Assembly: GCA_973851085.1 (NCBI GenBank)
Contig: OZ316776.1
Coordinates: 2,232,001-2,296,000 of the forward strand
DNA from: Ptychomitrium polyphyllum
Taxonomy: Eukaryota
Reading direction: 5' to 3'
Length of the DNA: 64,000 nucleotides
The notes beneath the pieces were generated by a model, which worked only from the letters and a program-made list of their open reading frames with translations, was not told the DNA's origin and ran no database searches. Positions 12,207 to 23,618 of the stretch are shown in pieces. Every line of letters starts with the position of its first letter. Within the stretch, counting starts at the first letter, position 1. The position numbers were made by a program, and so were the translations under genes.

Positions 12207-15200
12207 ATGGGCTGCAGGGGGCGGCAGACGGTGAGGCTGCTGCAGGAGGTGGCAGCCGCGCCCTTGTTCCGCACCTGCTTGAGGCAGACGGGAGCCGCGG
12301 GCGTGTGTGACGCCGTCGCGCCCGCGTCGTCGCACCTCCGTCATCGGCACCAGGCCGCGGAGAGGACTTGGGATGGCAGGGGTGCGCTGCGAGGGTCGCT
12401 GGGCGGTGTGCGGCAGTCCAGCAGTGCCGCCGTGGCGTCGAGCAGGGCCAGGCCCGAGAAGGCGGAGGTGGAGACGATCGAGGTGAGCGTGGATGGGGCG
12501 GCCGTGCAGGTGCCCAAGGGCATGACGGTGCTGCAGGCGTGCGAGCTGGGTGGGGTGACGATTCCCAGGTTCTGCTACCACAGCCGGCTGTCCATCGCGG
12601 GGAATTGCCGCATGTGCCTGGTGGAGGTGGAGAAGACGCCGAAGCCTGTGGCGTCGTGCGCCATGCCCGCCCTGCCAGGTTGGAGTCCCCGGAATTCGAG
12701 ACCCGAGCTTCCATGGCATGCGAGTGATGTTGTGTGGCATAGGGTGTGGGGTGCATAGAGTGTAGGGCGTGTGGCGGCGAGGGGATGCTGAGAGGGTGGA
12801 TGGGTGGCAGGTATGAAGATCAAGACCGACACCCCGCTGGCGAAGAAGGCGCGCGAGGGAGTGATGGAGTTTCTGCTGATGAACCATCCGCTGGACTGCC
12901 CCATCTGCGACCAGGGCGGAGAGTGCGATCTGCAGGACCAGTCGATGGTGTTCGGATCCGACCGAGGGCGTTTCATCGACACGAAGAGGTCGGTGCTGGA
13001 CAAGAACCTGGGACCCCTGGTGAAGACCATCATGACGCGATGCATCCAATGTACCAGGTGAGTTCCTTTGGCTGGCACGGAGGATCCGGCGGGAGGGATC
13101 GGGTTTGCATTCGATCGCGGTCGTGCGGGATCGCCGTGGGCTGTGTGTCGCAATGCGCGCCCGGCGGTACCGCATCGGGTGGCTCTCCGTGTGTGTTAGG
13201 GCGTCGGGAGTGGGAGTGGTTGCTGTGAGGAGGTCTTGGCTTTGGTGGCGGGGGGGAGGTCGATGTTTGCGTGTGGGCGGGCGAGGGAGACCCGGGCCCA
13301 TGCGGGGACGGCACGAGATCAGCCGTGATGGAACGCTGATGTGATCGCGTCGCCACCCTGCGTGGCCCGCATGGTGTCTGGAGGTGAATCCGAGCACGGG
13401 AGTTGCGGTGACTGACGATGTGCATGGAATTGGAGCGTATCCCAGGTGCGTCAGGTTTGCGAAGGAGATTGCCGGCGTGGAGGATCTGGGCGTTCTGGGC
13501 CGTGGAGGGAGCGAAGAGATCGGAACGTACGTGGAGAACCTGATGACGAGCGAGTTGTCGGGCAACGTGATCGACGTGTGTCCGGTGGGTGCGCTGACGT
13601 CGAAGCCGTATGCGTTCACGGCAAGGCCGTGGGAGCTGAAGAGCACGGAGAGTATCGACGTTCTGGACGCGGTTGGATCGAACATCCGCATCAACAGCCG
13701 TGGGCCGGAAGTGATGCGAATCATCCCCCGTCTGCATGAGGTGCGTTGTGGAGGCCAGTCTGGATTAGGTCAGTCGTGGGGTCGGGAGGGTTGGGAGCGA
13801 CCGTGCGCGGGAGTTGCAGGAGGGTCGAGGACGCCGTGGAGAGGCGGTGGGTCTGGGAGCGCGACGGCCGTGTCGGAACCGGCGGTGGCACGCCGAGTTC
13901 CGGCGCGGGCCTGGCGCGTGGGGTTTCGTGGGCCGTGACGTCTGGGTGCGGAATGTGTGCGGTGCAGGAGATCAACGAGGAGTGGATCGGGGACAAGGCG
14001 AGGTTCAGCTACGATGGACTGAAGCGTCAGCGATTGAGCGAGCCGATGATCCGTCGTCCGGACGGGCAGTTGCAGGCGGTGTCCTGGAAGGACGCTCTGG
14101 AGGCCGTTGCGGAAGCAGCTTACAGGGTGAGGCCCGAGGAGATGGGCGGCGTGGCCGGCAAGCTGGCGGACGCGGAGTCGATGTTGGCGCTGAAGGACTT
14201 TCTGAACAGGATGGGGTGCGAGCGGCTGTGGGCGGAGGGAGACGGCAAGTCCGTGGATGCGGACCTGAGGTCGAGGTTCCTGCTGAACACGGGCATCGCC
14301 GCACTGGAGCGGGCAGACGTGTGCCTGCTGATCGGAACTCAGGTAAGCCCAGCGGAGCCTTGGAGACGGGATTGATGGCCGGGTTGAATGCGGTGGGTTT
14401 TTGGGCAGCGATGCCGGTGCGCGAGCGTGTGGTGCCGACGTGTTGTCCTGGCGTGTGGTTGTTTGGTTGCAGCTCCGATGGGAGGCGCCGATGGTGAACG
14501 CGAGGCTGAGGAAGGCAGTGAGGTTCAACAAGGCGAAGGTGGCCGTGGTGGGCCCCGAGGTGGATCTGACCTACCCCCACCAGCACCTGGGCGCGAGCAG
14601 CGACACGGTTCTGGAGATCGCGGAAGGGCGACACCCATTCTGCGCGGAGCTGGCTTCGGCGGAACGGCCGGTGGTGATCGTGGGCAGCGGGGCGCTGGAG
14701 CGGTCGGACAGGGCGGCGATCATGTCTGCGTTGGACATCATCGCCCAGCAGAGCGGGCTGATCCGGGACGACTGGTTCGGGGCCAACGTCCTGCTGCTGA
14801 ACGCGAGCCAGGCGGCGGCGCGCGATCTGGGGTTCGTGCCAGGGGCGAGGGCAGGGAAGTGTGCGGCGAAGTTCTTGTATCTTCTGGGAGCCGACGACCT
14901 GACCCCCGCGGATATCCCGGAGGACGCTTTCGTGGTGTACCAGGGGCACCACGGAGACCGCAGCGCGTACAGGGCCGACGTGATCCTCCCGGGTGCGGCT
15001 TACACGGAGAAGGAGGGCACCTACGAGAACGTGGAGGGGCGTGCGCAGCAGACGAGCCCGGCGGTGCCGACGGTGGGGGACGCTCGCGACGACTGGAAGA
15101 TCATCCGTGCGCTGTCGGAAGTTGCAGGGAAGACGCTTCCGTACGACAGCGCAAACGGGCTGAGGGCTCGCATGCTGGCCGTGGCTCCAAACCTGTTGCG

Positions 15201-15393
15201 AGTGGACGAGGTGGAGTTGGCGACGGGGTGGTCGCTGGACCTGGACACGCGACCGACGGCAGCGTTGGAGTCGTCTCCCCTCCCGAAGGCCATCGACAAC
15301 TACTACATGACGGACGCGATTTCTCGAGCGTCGCGAACAATGGCCCAGTGCACTTCCACGCTGGCAAAGCGCCAGGCAGAGACGGGGCAGTAG
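12207..15393 (+). CDS. NDUFS1: Mitochondrial complex I 75-kDa Fe-S subunit; exons 12207-12678, 12811-13057, 13446-13740, 13968-14342, 14473-15393
   Basis: [83 protein letters not shown] and [17 protein letters not shown]. All four junctions are in phase. Confidence 0.97.
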
Positions 15394-17359
15394 GGGATTG
15401 CAGTGCTCGTTGGGTCCTGTTTGCCTTGTGGGACCGTGAATGCAATAAAAGCGTCACTGGACGGACATTGTGGCACACGACCCGACCGTCTGCCGGGCAG
15501 AATGGTCTTGGAATTGGAGTGTTTGTGTGAGGCATGGGTGTTCGTTCGTTTGCACTTGTGGGTTCCTGTTCGCTGGCGCGTGCACGATGGGTATGGTGAC
15601 GGTCAGACGCATGCATCCGTGGCCCACATTCCCTGTCTGCATTCCCATGACGACGCCCCGAGTCCTCCAGAGGCTGGACTTGGAAGGGTCCGGAAACATG
15701 GACCGAGCCCTCGAGGCCAGTCGCTCCGGGAATCGCCCTCGCCGACCTCTGAGATCACATCCTGCGATGGGTCTGCCGGAGTGCCCCTTCCATCCGACCT
15801 CTGGATCTGGTATCTGTCGGTTGTTGCGGGGTTCGCTGGCGTGAGCCCGTTTTTCGCGGCACGTCGTCTTGGTCCCTGTTCAGGGGCGCGTGCAGACTGC
15901 GTCCGATAGTTCGTAGGGTCGGTCGTCGGGTGTGAGCGCGACGCGTTCTGCTTACGTGCGATCTGTTCGTGAGCTTGTCGTTGAGTTGGAACGGGGACGG
16001 CGTAGCGTTGCCGAACAGGAGCTCGCACCACCCTCTGGAGTTGCACCCGCCGCTGGCACCGGTAACCCGGAGCTTCCCCACGGGTCCCTACGCTGAGCCT
16101 GAACGGGACGGATTCTTGGGGCTGGCAAGAACTCGAGTGTGCTAAGGACCCCTTGAGCTCTAAATGTATGTTGTCGAGATATATCGTTATTTTCGCACGA
16201 ACACTGCCCTCCTGAAATATCGTGTATCGCGTTCGTTCGTCTTTGGAAGACGGTGCCCTGAAGGATCTATAGTAAAGAACTGAAGAGCCAAAGGCGCGCT
16301 AGGATGGACGTTACAGGCACAACGCACGCCCGAAATGGATCGATGCAAGGGGCGAGGACTTCTTTAGAAGCTCTGAAGCCATGACCTCTCCCAGCTCCGA
16401 GCATGTACATACAGCACGGGGAGGAGGGTCGAGGAACTAACGTCCACACATGGAAGCATCACACGAAAGGCCTCACGAAGGGAACATGTGCACATGCACA
16501 CTTGACATTGGGAGGTCACACTAAAGCCTCCCAGTATCAAGCACACGTCAGAGAAGACGGCACCAAGAACGATCATCCATCCAGACGTGCTCCGAGTTTC
16601 ACACATCGCGCACGATGACTCTCAAGTACGAGTTCTGCCTTCCAAACTCCTCTTCCAGTCTCGCGGAACGAGAAAAGAAAGACCACGATTTTGCACGGAT
16701 CCTCACAAAGCTCAGGAAAGAGAACGGCCGATGTTCTCCCGGAGCAGCGCAAGACTCACGACCACCCTGAAGGGGCTCCCCGCGGAGCAAAAGAAGGCAA
16801 CAGCGCGTCCCCAAGGAGCTCTCAGGGCAAGAGAAGCAAAGCAGGAACGACACTCGGTTGCTCTCCAGTGTTTGAAACATCCTTCTGTGCGTAAATGCGC
16901 TCCGGTCATGGACGCAGAGGAAGTGAAGCGAGTGAGAGCGTGGGTGACGGAAGGGTTCGGTCTCAGAACGACCCTATGATATCAAACATATGTTGCTGCT
17001 TTCGTGACAGCTCGTACTGGTCATGCTGCATTGAAAAGAATATAGAATACACAGGCGGAAAAGCCCTTCCGATGCCGTCAAGAGGGCACGCATGACGGAT
17101 CAAACATGACGGTCGACGCCCCTGCTAGCTAAACCTCCGAAGAGCCTTTGCGACGACGAGTGTGGTGCGCACGCCGCATCTGTAGCGGAACCACCGAATC
17201 TGCGATGCTCGTTGACGTGGCCCGCATTGCGGACGAATAGGTGGGCCGCCTTCGGCCTCCCCAACACACCCACGCATCTCCCCTGTGCTGGGCTCCATGT
17301 GCTCCCGACGCGCACCGGTTTCCTAAGCCGCCGTCCTGAGGAAGCCACTCCGTAGCGCT

Positions 17360-19480
17360 TCAGAACCTCCTCCTCTCGTAAGACACCAGATCGTGGACGC
17401 CGCCCTCCCTTTGCGCAGCGCCTGACCTCACCTGCCACCCGCAAATCCACTGCAATTCAGCTTCCAAAGCAACGGAAACCCAAAACTTCCGAGCCACCCG
17501 ACGCCATCGCTGCCAAACCTCGCCCCCGCTCCTACCAGCCTGAGTGAGATGCTCACCTCCAGCCTGATGACTCCAGCGTTCAGACCATCGTGAGCGGCCT
17601 TCACGGTAGCCACCCCCAGATCCTGCAATCCCTGCTTCACGGCCTGCATCGTGTACGGAACCAGTCGCAGCACCGAGCCTTTCGCAGCCACGGAGCCCGA
17701 CACTCCTTGTGCGATCTTCAAGCGCGTCTTGTCCCCGAGGTACCGGGCATCACTGCCCTTGGTCATCGCCTCCAAGGACCCCATTCCCCGGTACCTCTTC
17801 AGCTTTGCACCGTCCTGACAGGGCCACAACACGCGTCAGGTCCTGCCGCCCGGACAGGAGCAAACATCCGACGCTCACTACCTCCGACCCCGAATTCAGA
17901 CGCCCACTCAAAGTACCATGCTCCGTCGGGACATGAGCACGTCGCACGACGCCGCCAGCACCGACATGCATTCGCCTCGTCGGACGGCCCAACACAGCTT
18001 GTCGGAGGTACCTGGAAGAAAAAGTTGCCCGGCGCCTCGTCCGTCCCGGCGAGAAAGCTACCCATCATCACCGTCGACGCACCCAGGCTCAGTGCCTTCA
18101 CTATGTGACCCGAGTTGGAGATGCCCCCGTCCGCTATCACGGGCACTCCCAGGGCGTTGGCCACCGCGGCGGTCTTGAACACGGCGGTTCCCTGCAATCA
18201 CCACACCCGCTTCTGCTCTGTTAGCTCCCGTCCATAACCGTCACCGCCCCACGGGCGGCATCGTCCGCTCACAACTCACCCCAGCGTCCGCTCCTCCCGC
18301 CACATTGTCGTGCCCACCGGGGCAACCGAGGGGTAGGAGCGGGGCTGGAATCGACGACTCTCGCGGAACCGACAGCGCGTGCGTGTCCACGCCGGCTGCC
18401 TCCCGTCCCACGACGCCCTGCCAGTGAGTTCTGCGGGAATGCGGCACCACTTACTTGGCCCCTTCCGACCGCGCACACCTCCTGAGTCGTGCAAATGGAA
18501 CCCGAGCCCATGCCCACCCGCAACCCGTCCACGCCCGCGTCGATCAGGCTCCTCGCCTGGTACGCGGTCACCACATTGCCCCCGATCACCTCCAGCCCCG
18601 GGTGAGCCCTCTTCGCGTACTCGATCATCTGCCTCTGATACACGGAATCCCCCTGCGAGCTGTCCAGGATCACCGCGTTCGCGCCCGCCTCCACCAGCAG
18701 CTGCAGCCTCTCCCTGTCGCTCTCGCGCGTGCCGATCGCGGCGCCCACCAGAATCCTCCCGTCCGAACCCACGGACGGCGCGCCCAGCGGCGGCAGCTCG
18801 TGATGGGCCCTCAGGTCCGTCCGGCACAGCAGCTCCACAAAACCCCCGCTCGCGCTCACCAGGGGCAGCAGGCTCTTCTTGCTCGCGATCAGAATCCTCG
18901 CCGCCTCCTCCAGGCTCGTGCCCGCCGGCGCGGTTACCAGGTCCCTGCTCATCACCTCGCGCACCTCCGTGCTCCGGTCGCGCACGAAGTCCACGTCCCG
19001 GCTCGTCACGATCCCCACCAGCCTCGACCCCGCCGCCCCGTCCTCCGTCACCACCGCGGACGAGAACCCCCTGCTGGCCTTCAGCGCGTCGATGGCGGAG
19101 ATGGCGTCCGACGGCCGCACGCACGCCGGGCTGGCCACGAACCCGACTCGCCGCTCCTTCGCCCTCCGCACGATGCCCGCCTGCTCCTGCGCCGTGTTGT
19201 TGTAGTGCACGAAGCCCATGCCGCCCACGGCCGCCATGGCCATCGCCATGGACTCCTCCGTCACGGTGTCCATGGGCGACGAAACGCACGGCGACCGCAG
19301 CGTGATGCGGCGGGTGAGCGGGGCGGCCAGCCCGACGTCGTCCACGGCGAAATTGATGAAGCCCGGGTGGAAGATGAGGTCGTCGTACGTGTAGGAGAAG
19401 CCCTGCCTGAACAGCGCCGCCGCAGAGAACCCGTCGCTCAGGACATTGCAGTCGCCGTTGGCGCGGCCGTCCGAATCCAT
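17360..19480 (-). CDS. IMPDH: Inosine-5'-monophosphate dehydrogenase; exons 19480-18455, 18191-18012, 17814-17557, 17431-17360
   Basis: [12 protein letters not shown] pair, LDSSQG, catalytic [32 protein letters not shown], and C-terminus [23 protein letters not shown]. Confidence 0.97.
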
Positions 19481-19647
19481 GGCGGCCTCGCCTCGCTCTC
19501 GCGGCGGAGACCAGCCGGGGGGAGGCAGCAGCGGGAGCTGCCCCTGTGCCTGTCGCCCTCGCTGCGGGAGTGGGAGTGCGCGTCCGGGAGAGTCCCCTCG
19601 CAGGACCGACGCAGCGCAGGGCGAACAGCCTAACCACCGGGGGTCCT

Positions 19648-19664
19648 TAAACCCTGAACCCTAG
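19648..19664. promoter_or_regulatory. Telo-box-like tandem (TAAACCCTGAACCCTAG) ~170 bp upstream of the IMPDH ATG
   Basis: Two near-matches to the AAACCCTA telo-box, a motif known from promoters and 5' UTRs of plant growth- and translation-related genes. Confidence 0.45.
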
Positions 19665-20267
19665 CCCCCCGCCCTCCGGGGCGCCAGGACGACCGTTCCG
19701 CGGCGGAACGCGGCGGCCGCTGTGGGAACGGGGCCCGGAAGGGGGGCCCGTTCCGGGCGGAACCGGCGTGCGGGGGGCGCATGATGGCGAGCGCGGGGGC
19801 GGAGCGCGCAGGACGATGGGCGTTCCGTTGCGAGGGGCGAGGACGGCCTTGCAATCGCCATCGCCGAGCGCGTCGGGTTGCCATCTTCCGGCGGGCGCTC
19901 AGTGGGCGGGCGGGTCGCGGATCTCGCGTCTGTGGAGTGGCGGGGTGGGGCGTGGCGGGCAGGGCCGATCGGGGTTCGGGGGCGCGGGGCTGCCTGCGGC
20001 CGTTTGTTGGGGCCCGGCGTGCGGGTCGCAGGTTTCGATCCCTGGGGTGGGTTGGGCGGAGGATTTGTGACGACGCGGGCGAGCTTGGGGCGAATTGCGG
20101 TGGAGATCCACAGGAGCTCGTGGATTGCTCGCCTGGGACCGTCCGGGGGTGCAGGTTGCGCTGTCGCAGGACCGCGTGCCGTCGGGAGGGTTTCCGGAGG
20201 AAGGATCCGTCGGCGGTGATCGGGCGAGCGCTGCAGGGAGCGTGCGATCTGGAGCCGAGACGAGGAC

Positions 20268-23200
20268 ATGGTGGTCTGCAGGTGTCGCAAGGTGAGTGCA
20301 TTCGCCGGCCCCAGGGGTTCAGGCATGTCCATGCTCGGAAACGCGTGACAGGGGTTTGCCTTGCCTGCCACCGGGCTCGTGCGGGCGGGAGAACGACGTG
20401 CCGTTCGTAATTCGGGTGGAGCAGGCGGGCCGTTCCTGGACCTGGTTACCGCCTGTCTGTCGCGTGGGAGTGGGGTCTATTTGCTGGCAGTGGTTTCGTC
20501 CTCGATGCTGGCCGCAGTCCGTCGCGGCTGTGGACGAGGCTTCGATGTGCATTGTCGGACGGGGATTGTTCTGGGGTAGAGGGGGGACTTTCGCTCTGGG
20601 TCGCAAGTGGTGTCTGTAGCGGGTGTCTGCGCACTTGGTTCCGGAGAGTCGAATCGGACCTCCACGATGTCTTGGTCGATCACCTGGCTCGGGGGGTCCC
20701 GTACGCGTCGGGCCGGGGTCGGCGACGAGCTTGTGTGAATAGGAGAGCGTGGTGGCGACGGTGGGGGAAGAGGAGGTCATGGCATGGCGCATGTTGCCCA
20801 TGTGGGCCTTGCCATCCTCGTGGAGGACCCGTCCCCACGTTTCGGCTTTTGGAGTGCCACTTCTCTTGCTCTCCGGCCGATCGGCCGATCGGCGGGTCGC
20901 GTGTTGCAGCCTTCCAAGCTGAGCTGATCACCGTTTCGTGTATTGGCAGGCGACGAAGGTGTACTGCTTCGTGCACAAGGCACCGGTATGCGCCGATTGT
21001 ATATGCTTCCCGGAGCACCGGCTGTGCGTGGTATGTGCCGACCCACGCCGTCGTTTATGCAATGTTCATCGCAATGGGATTGTGTGCAGGCGGTTGAGTA
21101 CCCGGGCGCGGGCGATGATCTGTGAGGCGTGGGAGACCCTCCGCGGTCTTGGACGTTGGGCGTTTCGGGGGTGTGCGGGAGTCGTGGTGTCGGCCCTTGC
21201 CGGCATGCGAGGTTGTGAGGGCCTGAATGGTATCCCGTGTGCGTGGTGCAGGTCAGAACATACTCGGACTGGGTGATCGACGGGGACTACGACTGGCCGC
21301 CGAAATGCGGGGCATGCCAGGCAGTACTAGAGGACGAAGATAGCAGCACAACGCGTCTGGGATGCTTACGTGAGTTGCTCCGATTGGAAGTGTGACTGGG
21401 TCATGTTTGCAGTGTCGGGTGGATGTCTTGAGCTGACCGGGTCGCAGATGCGGCCTGTGAGCTGAACTCCACCACGCCGTCGACTCTCGAGCACGAGTCC
21501 GTCGACAGGTGGTGGAGGTCTCCGCTTGGTGGGCGTGTTGTGGGGACGGAGGAGACCGGACTGAGTGGGGTTCTTTCGGGGTTGCAGATAACCTTCATAG
21601 CAGCTGCCTGCAGTCACATCTGGAGAACTTCCCACCGCATACAGCCCCTGCCGGCTACGTGTGCCCAGCATGTCCTACAGCGGTAAGTTCTGCCGGAATC
21701 GTTGGTTGGTCCGGGAGGCCCTGCAGAGCGAGGGGGTCACCTGCCAGCGACGAGCATGTGTGAGGTCGTCGTGCGGGCGGCATGGGGTGTCGGACCAGTG
21801 GAACGTCCCTCCACCTGTCGGCCCTGGGAGTTGGGCCGCAGCCGACGTTTGTTGAGGCCGAGATCGGGATCGCACGGGGGTTCGGAAGCTGGCATCCGCT
21901 GTGAGGCTGATGGACGTGGTTGTCTTGTAGGTGTGGCCTCCGAACAAGCACTTTAAGGAGTCCGGATCAGCCCTGTACAGCAGTCTGAAGGAGGCGGTGA
22001 GTCAGGTCAGTGTGCCTGGCGTGACTCTGGTTTCGTGCATCGTCGGATGTCACTGCCGTGTCTCTGAGAGCATCGTGAGTAGTGTACACGGCGAGGCCGG
22101 CGATGCGTCCAGGAACGCTCGTGTAACGTGGTGTGGGTGTGGTGTGTCGACGGCGTGTCTGTCGGAGCGCGCTGCATGAGTCACAGAAGTGGTGGACTGG
22201 TGCAGGTTAGCGCAGCAAAAGTGCTGCTGGGAGCCGATGCAGCTGTGCAGTCGAGAGAAGCCCCCGTGGCATTTTCGGCAGGCCCACTAGCGGAGATGGC
22301 GACCTCGGCTGTCGGGGCGGGCGGGGGCGACGCGGGTGCGAGTGCCGCAGCTGTGGATGCAGGCTCGTCCGCCGGCGGTGCAAGCACGGGCAGCCACCAT
22401 GTGAGCGGCGGCGAAGGTGCGGTGCCCGCAGGGAGCGGGGCGACGCTGGAAGGCGTGCAAGCGAGCAAGAGCGCGGGCGGATCGACGAGCATCAACATAA
22501 TATCACCCGACTCCCGGTTCTCGAAGGCGGCTTCGGCGACTGTAAGTGAGGCACACGCCTGTGCGATTGGGGTGGTGGGGATGCCGGAGGCTGACGTGCT
22601 GTGCTCGCGACTGGGCTTTGGTTTGATGAGCTTGCGGAGAGTAGGGCTGCGCGAATGAAGGGGAGGGTGGTTCAGTAGTTACTGTGGCAGGGTGGCAGGT
22701 GAGTAGCCGCAGTGGTGAGCCGGAGCGCTGAATCTCGTGTTGGGTGTCTGCAGCAATCGCAGCCAGGTGCGACCACACGCAAGCACGCCATACGTGTGGA
22801 CAGGTCGTATTCCGGAAACCATGTGGACCACGACGACAGCAATGACGAGGATGGTACCAGCCGGAAATACTCGAGGAGAGGCAAGTGAGACCGAGACGCG
22901 CTCCCCTTGCCGTTGTAGTGGTGCGATGGGTATCCCGTGGTGATCTGTGCATTGTGGAAGGGCTGTAGGATACAGGCGGTGAGGGTGTGTGGAGAGCACG
23001 AGCAGACCGTGCGGCCGAGTTGTGATTTGACTTTGTCCTCATGGGTGCACATGCAGGCCCCGCGTACAGGCAGCTGCTGAGGTATGTGCCCTTCCTTTCA
23101 AGCGCGCTGCCGACGCTGCCCACAACTCGGAAAGACGGTCAGGATGGGTACGACGGCGACGAGGCGATCGACGATCGACGGCGTCGGCGTTATCGTTCAT

Positions 23201-23618
23201 CCTCGATGGATGTCAGGAAGCTGATCCTGCTGTTTGCCATCATGTGAGTCGCAAGAGAGCCCTTTCCCCTCGGGGCGGAGCTTCCGCGTCTTGGGTGTGT
23301 CTGTGTTGAGTGATGCTGTGCACTTCTGGTTGGGCAGGAGGCATCAACGTTGTGTGGGCGAGTCTTGATGACGGTCCTTCCATACGCACGGAGAGTGGTG
23401 TTTTGCTGGTGCTCACGGGATGGTGAGGTTGCCATGTGTTGGAAACATGGTCGATTGGGCTGGGTTGCGTGCGTGACGTGGCTACGGCGATCGGTCCTGA
23501 CGTAAGAGCTGTCTGTGTTGTGCGGAGCAGGTCATGTATGGCTACTGCAATGCTGCTGTACTACCGGCTCTCCCAGGGCTCCGGGTTTTCGGAGGATGGG
23601 GAAACAGACGAGCAGTGA
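20268..23618 (+). CDS. ZFPL1: ZFPL1-like zinc-finger/RING protein with C-terminal membrane anchor (9 exons)
   Basis: MVVCRCRK|ATKVYCFVHKAPVCADCICFPEHRLCV|VRTYSDWVIDGDYDWPPKCGAC...RLGCLHNLHSSCL...FPPHTAPAGYVCPAC, ending with hydrophobic KLILLFAIMSCMATAMLLYYRL. Exons start at 20268, 20950, 21252, 21588, 21931, ~22207, 22754, 23057 and ~23531. Confidence 0.88.

Noticed and set aside
11934..23123. Long antisense and off-frame ORFs (e.g. 596 aa at 11934-13724, 453 aa at 18276-19637, 392 aa at 18455-19633)
   Set aside because: Arg/Pro/Gly-rich shadow frames expected from stop-codon scarcity in very GC-rich DNA overlapping real genes. No recognisable motifs.
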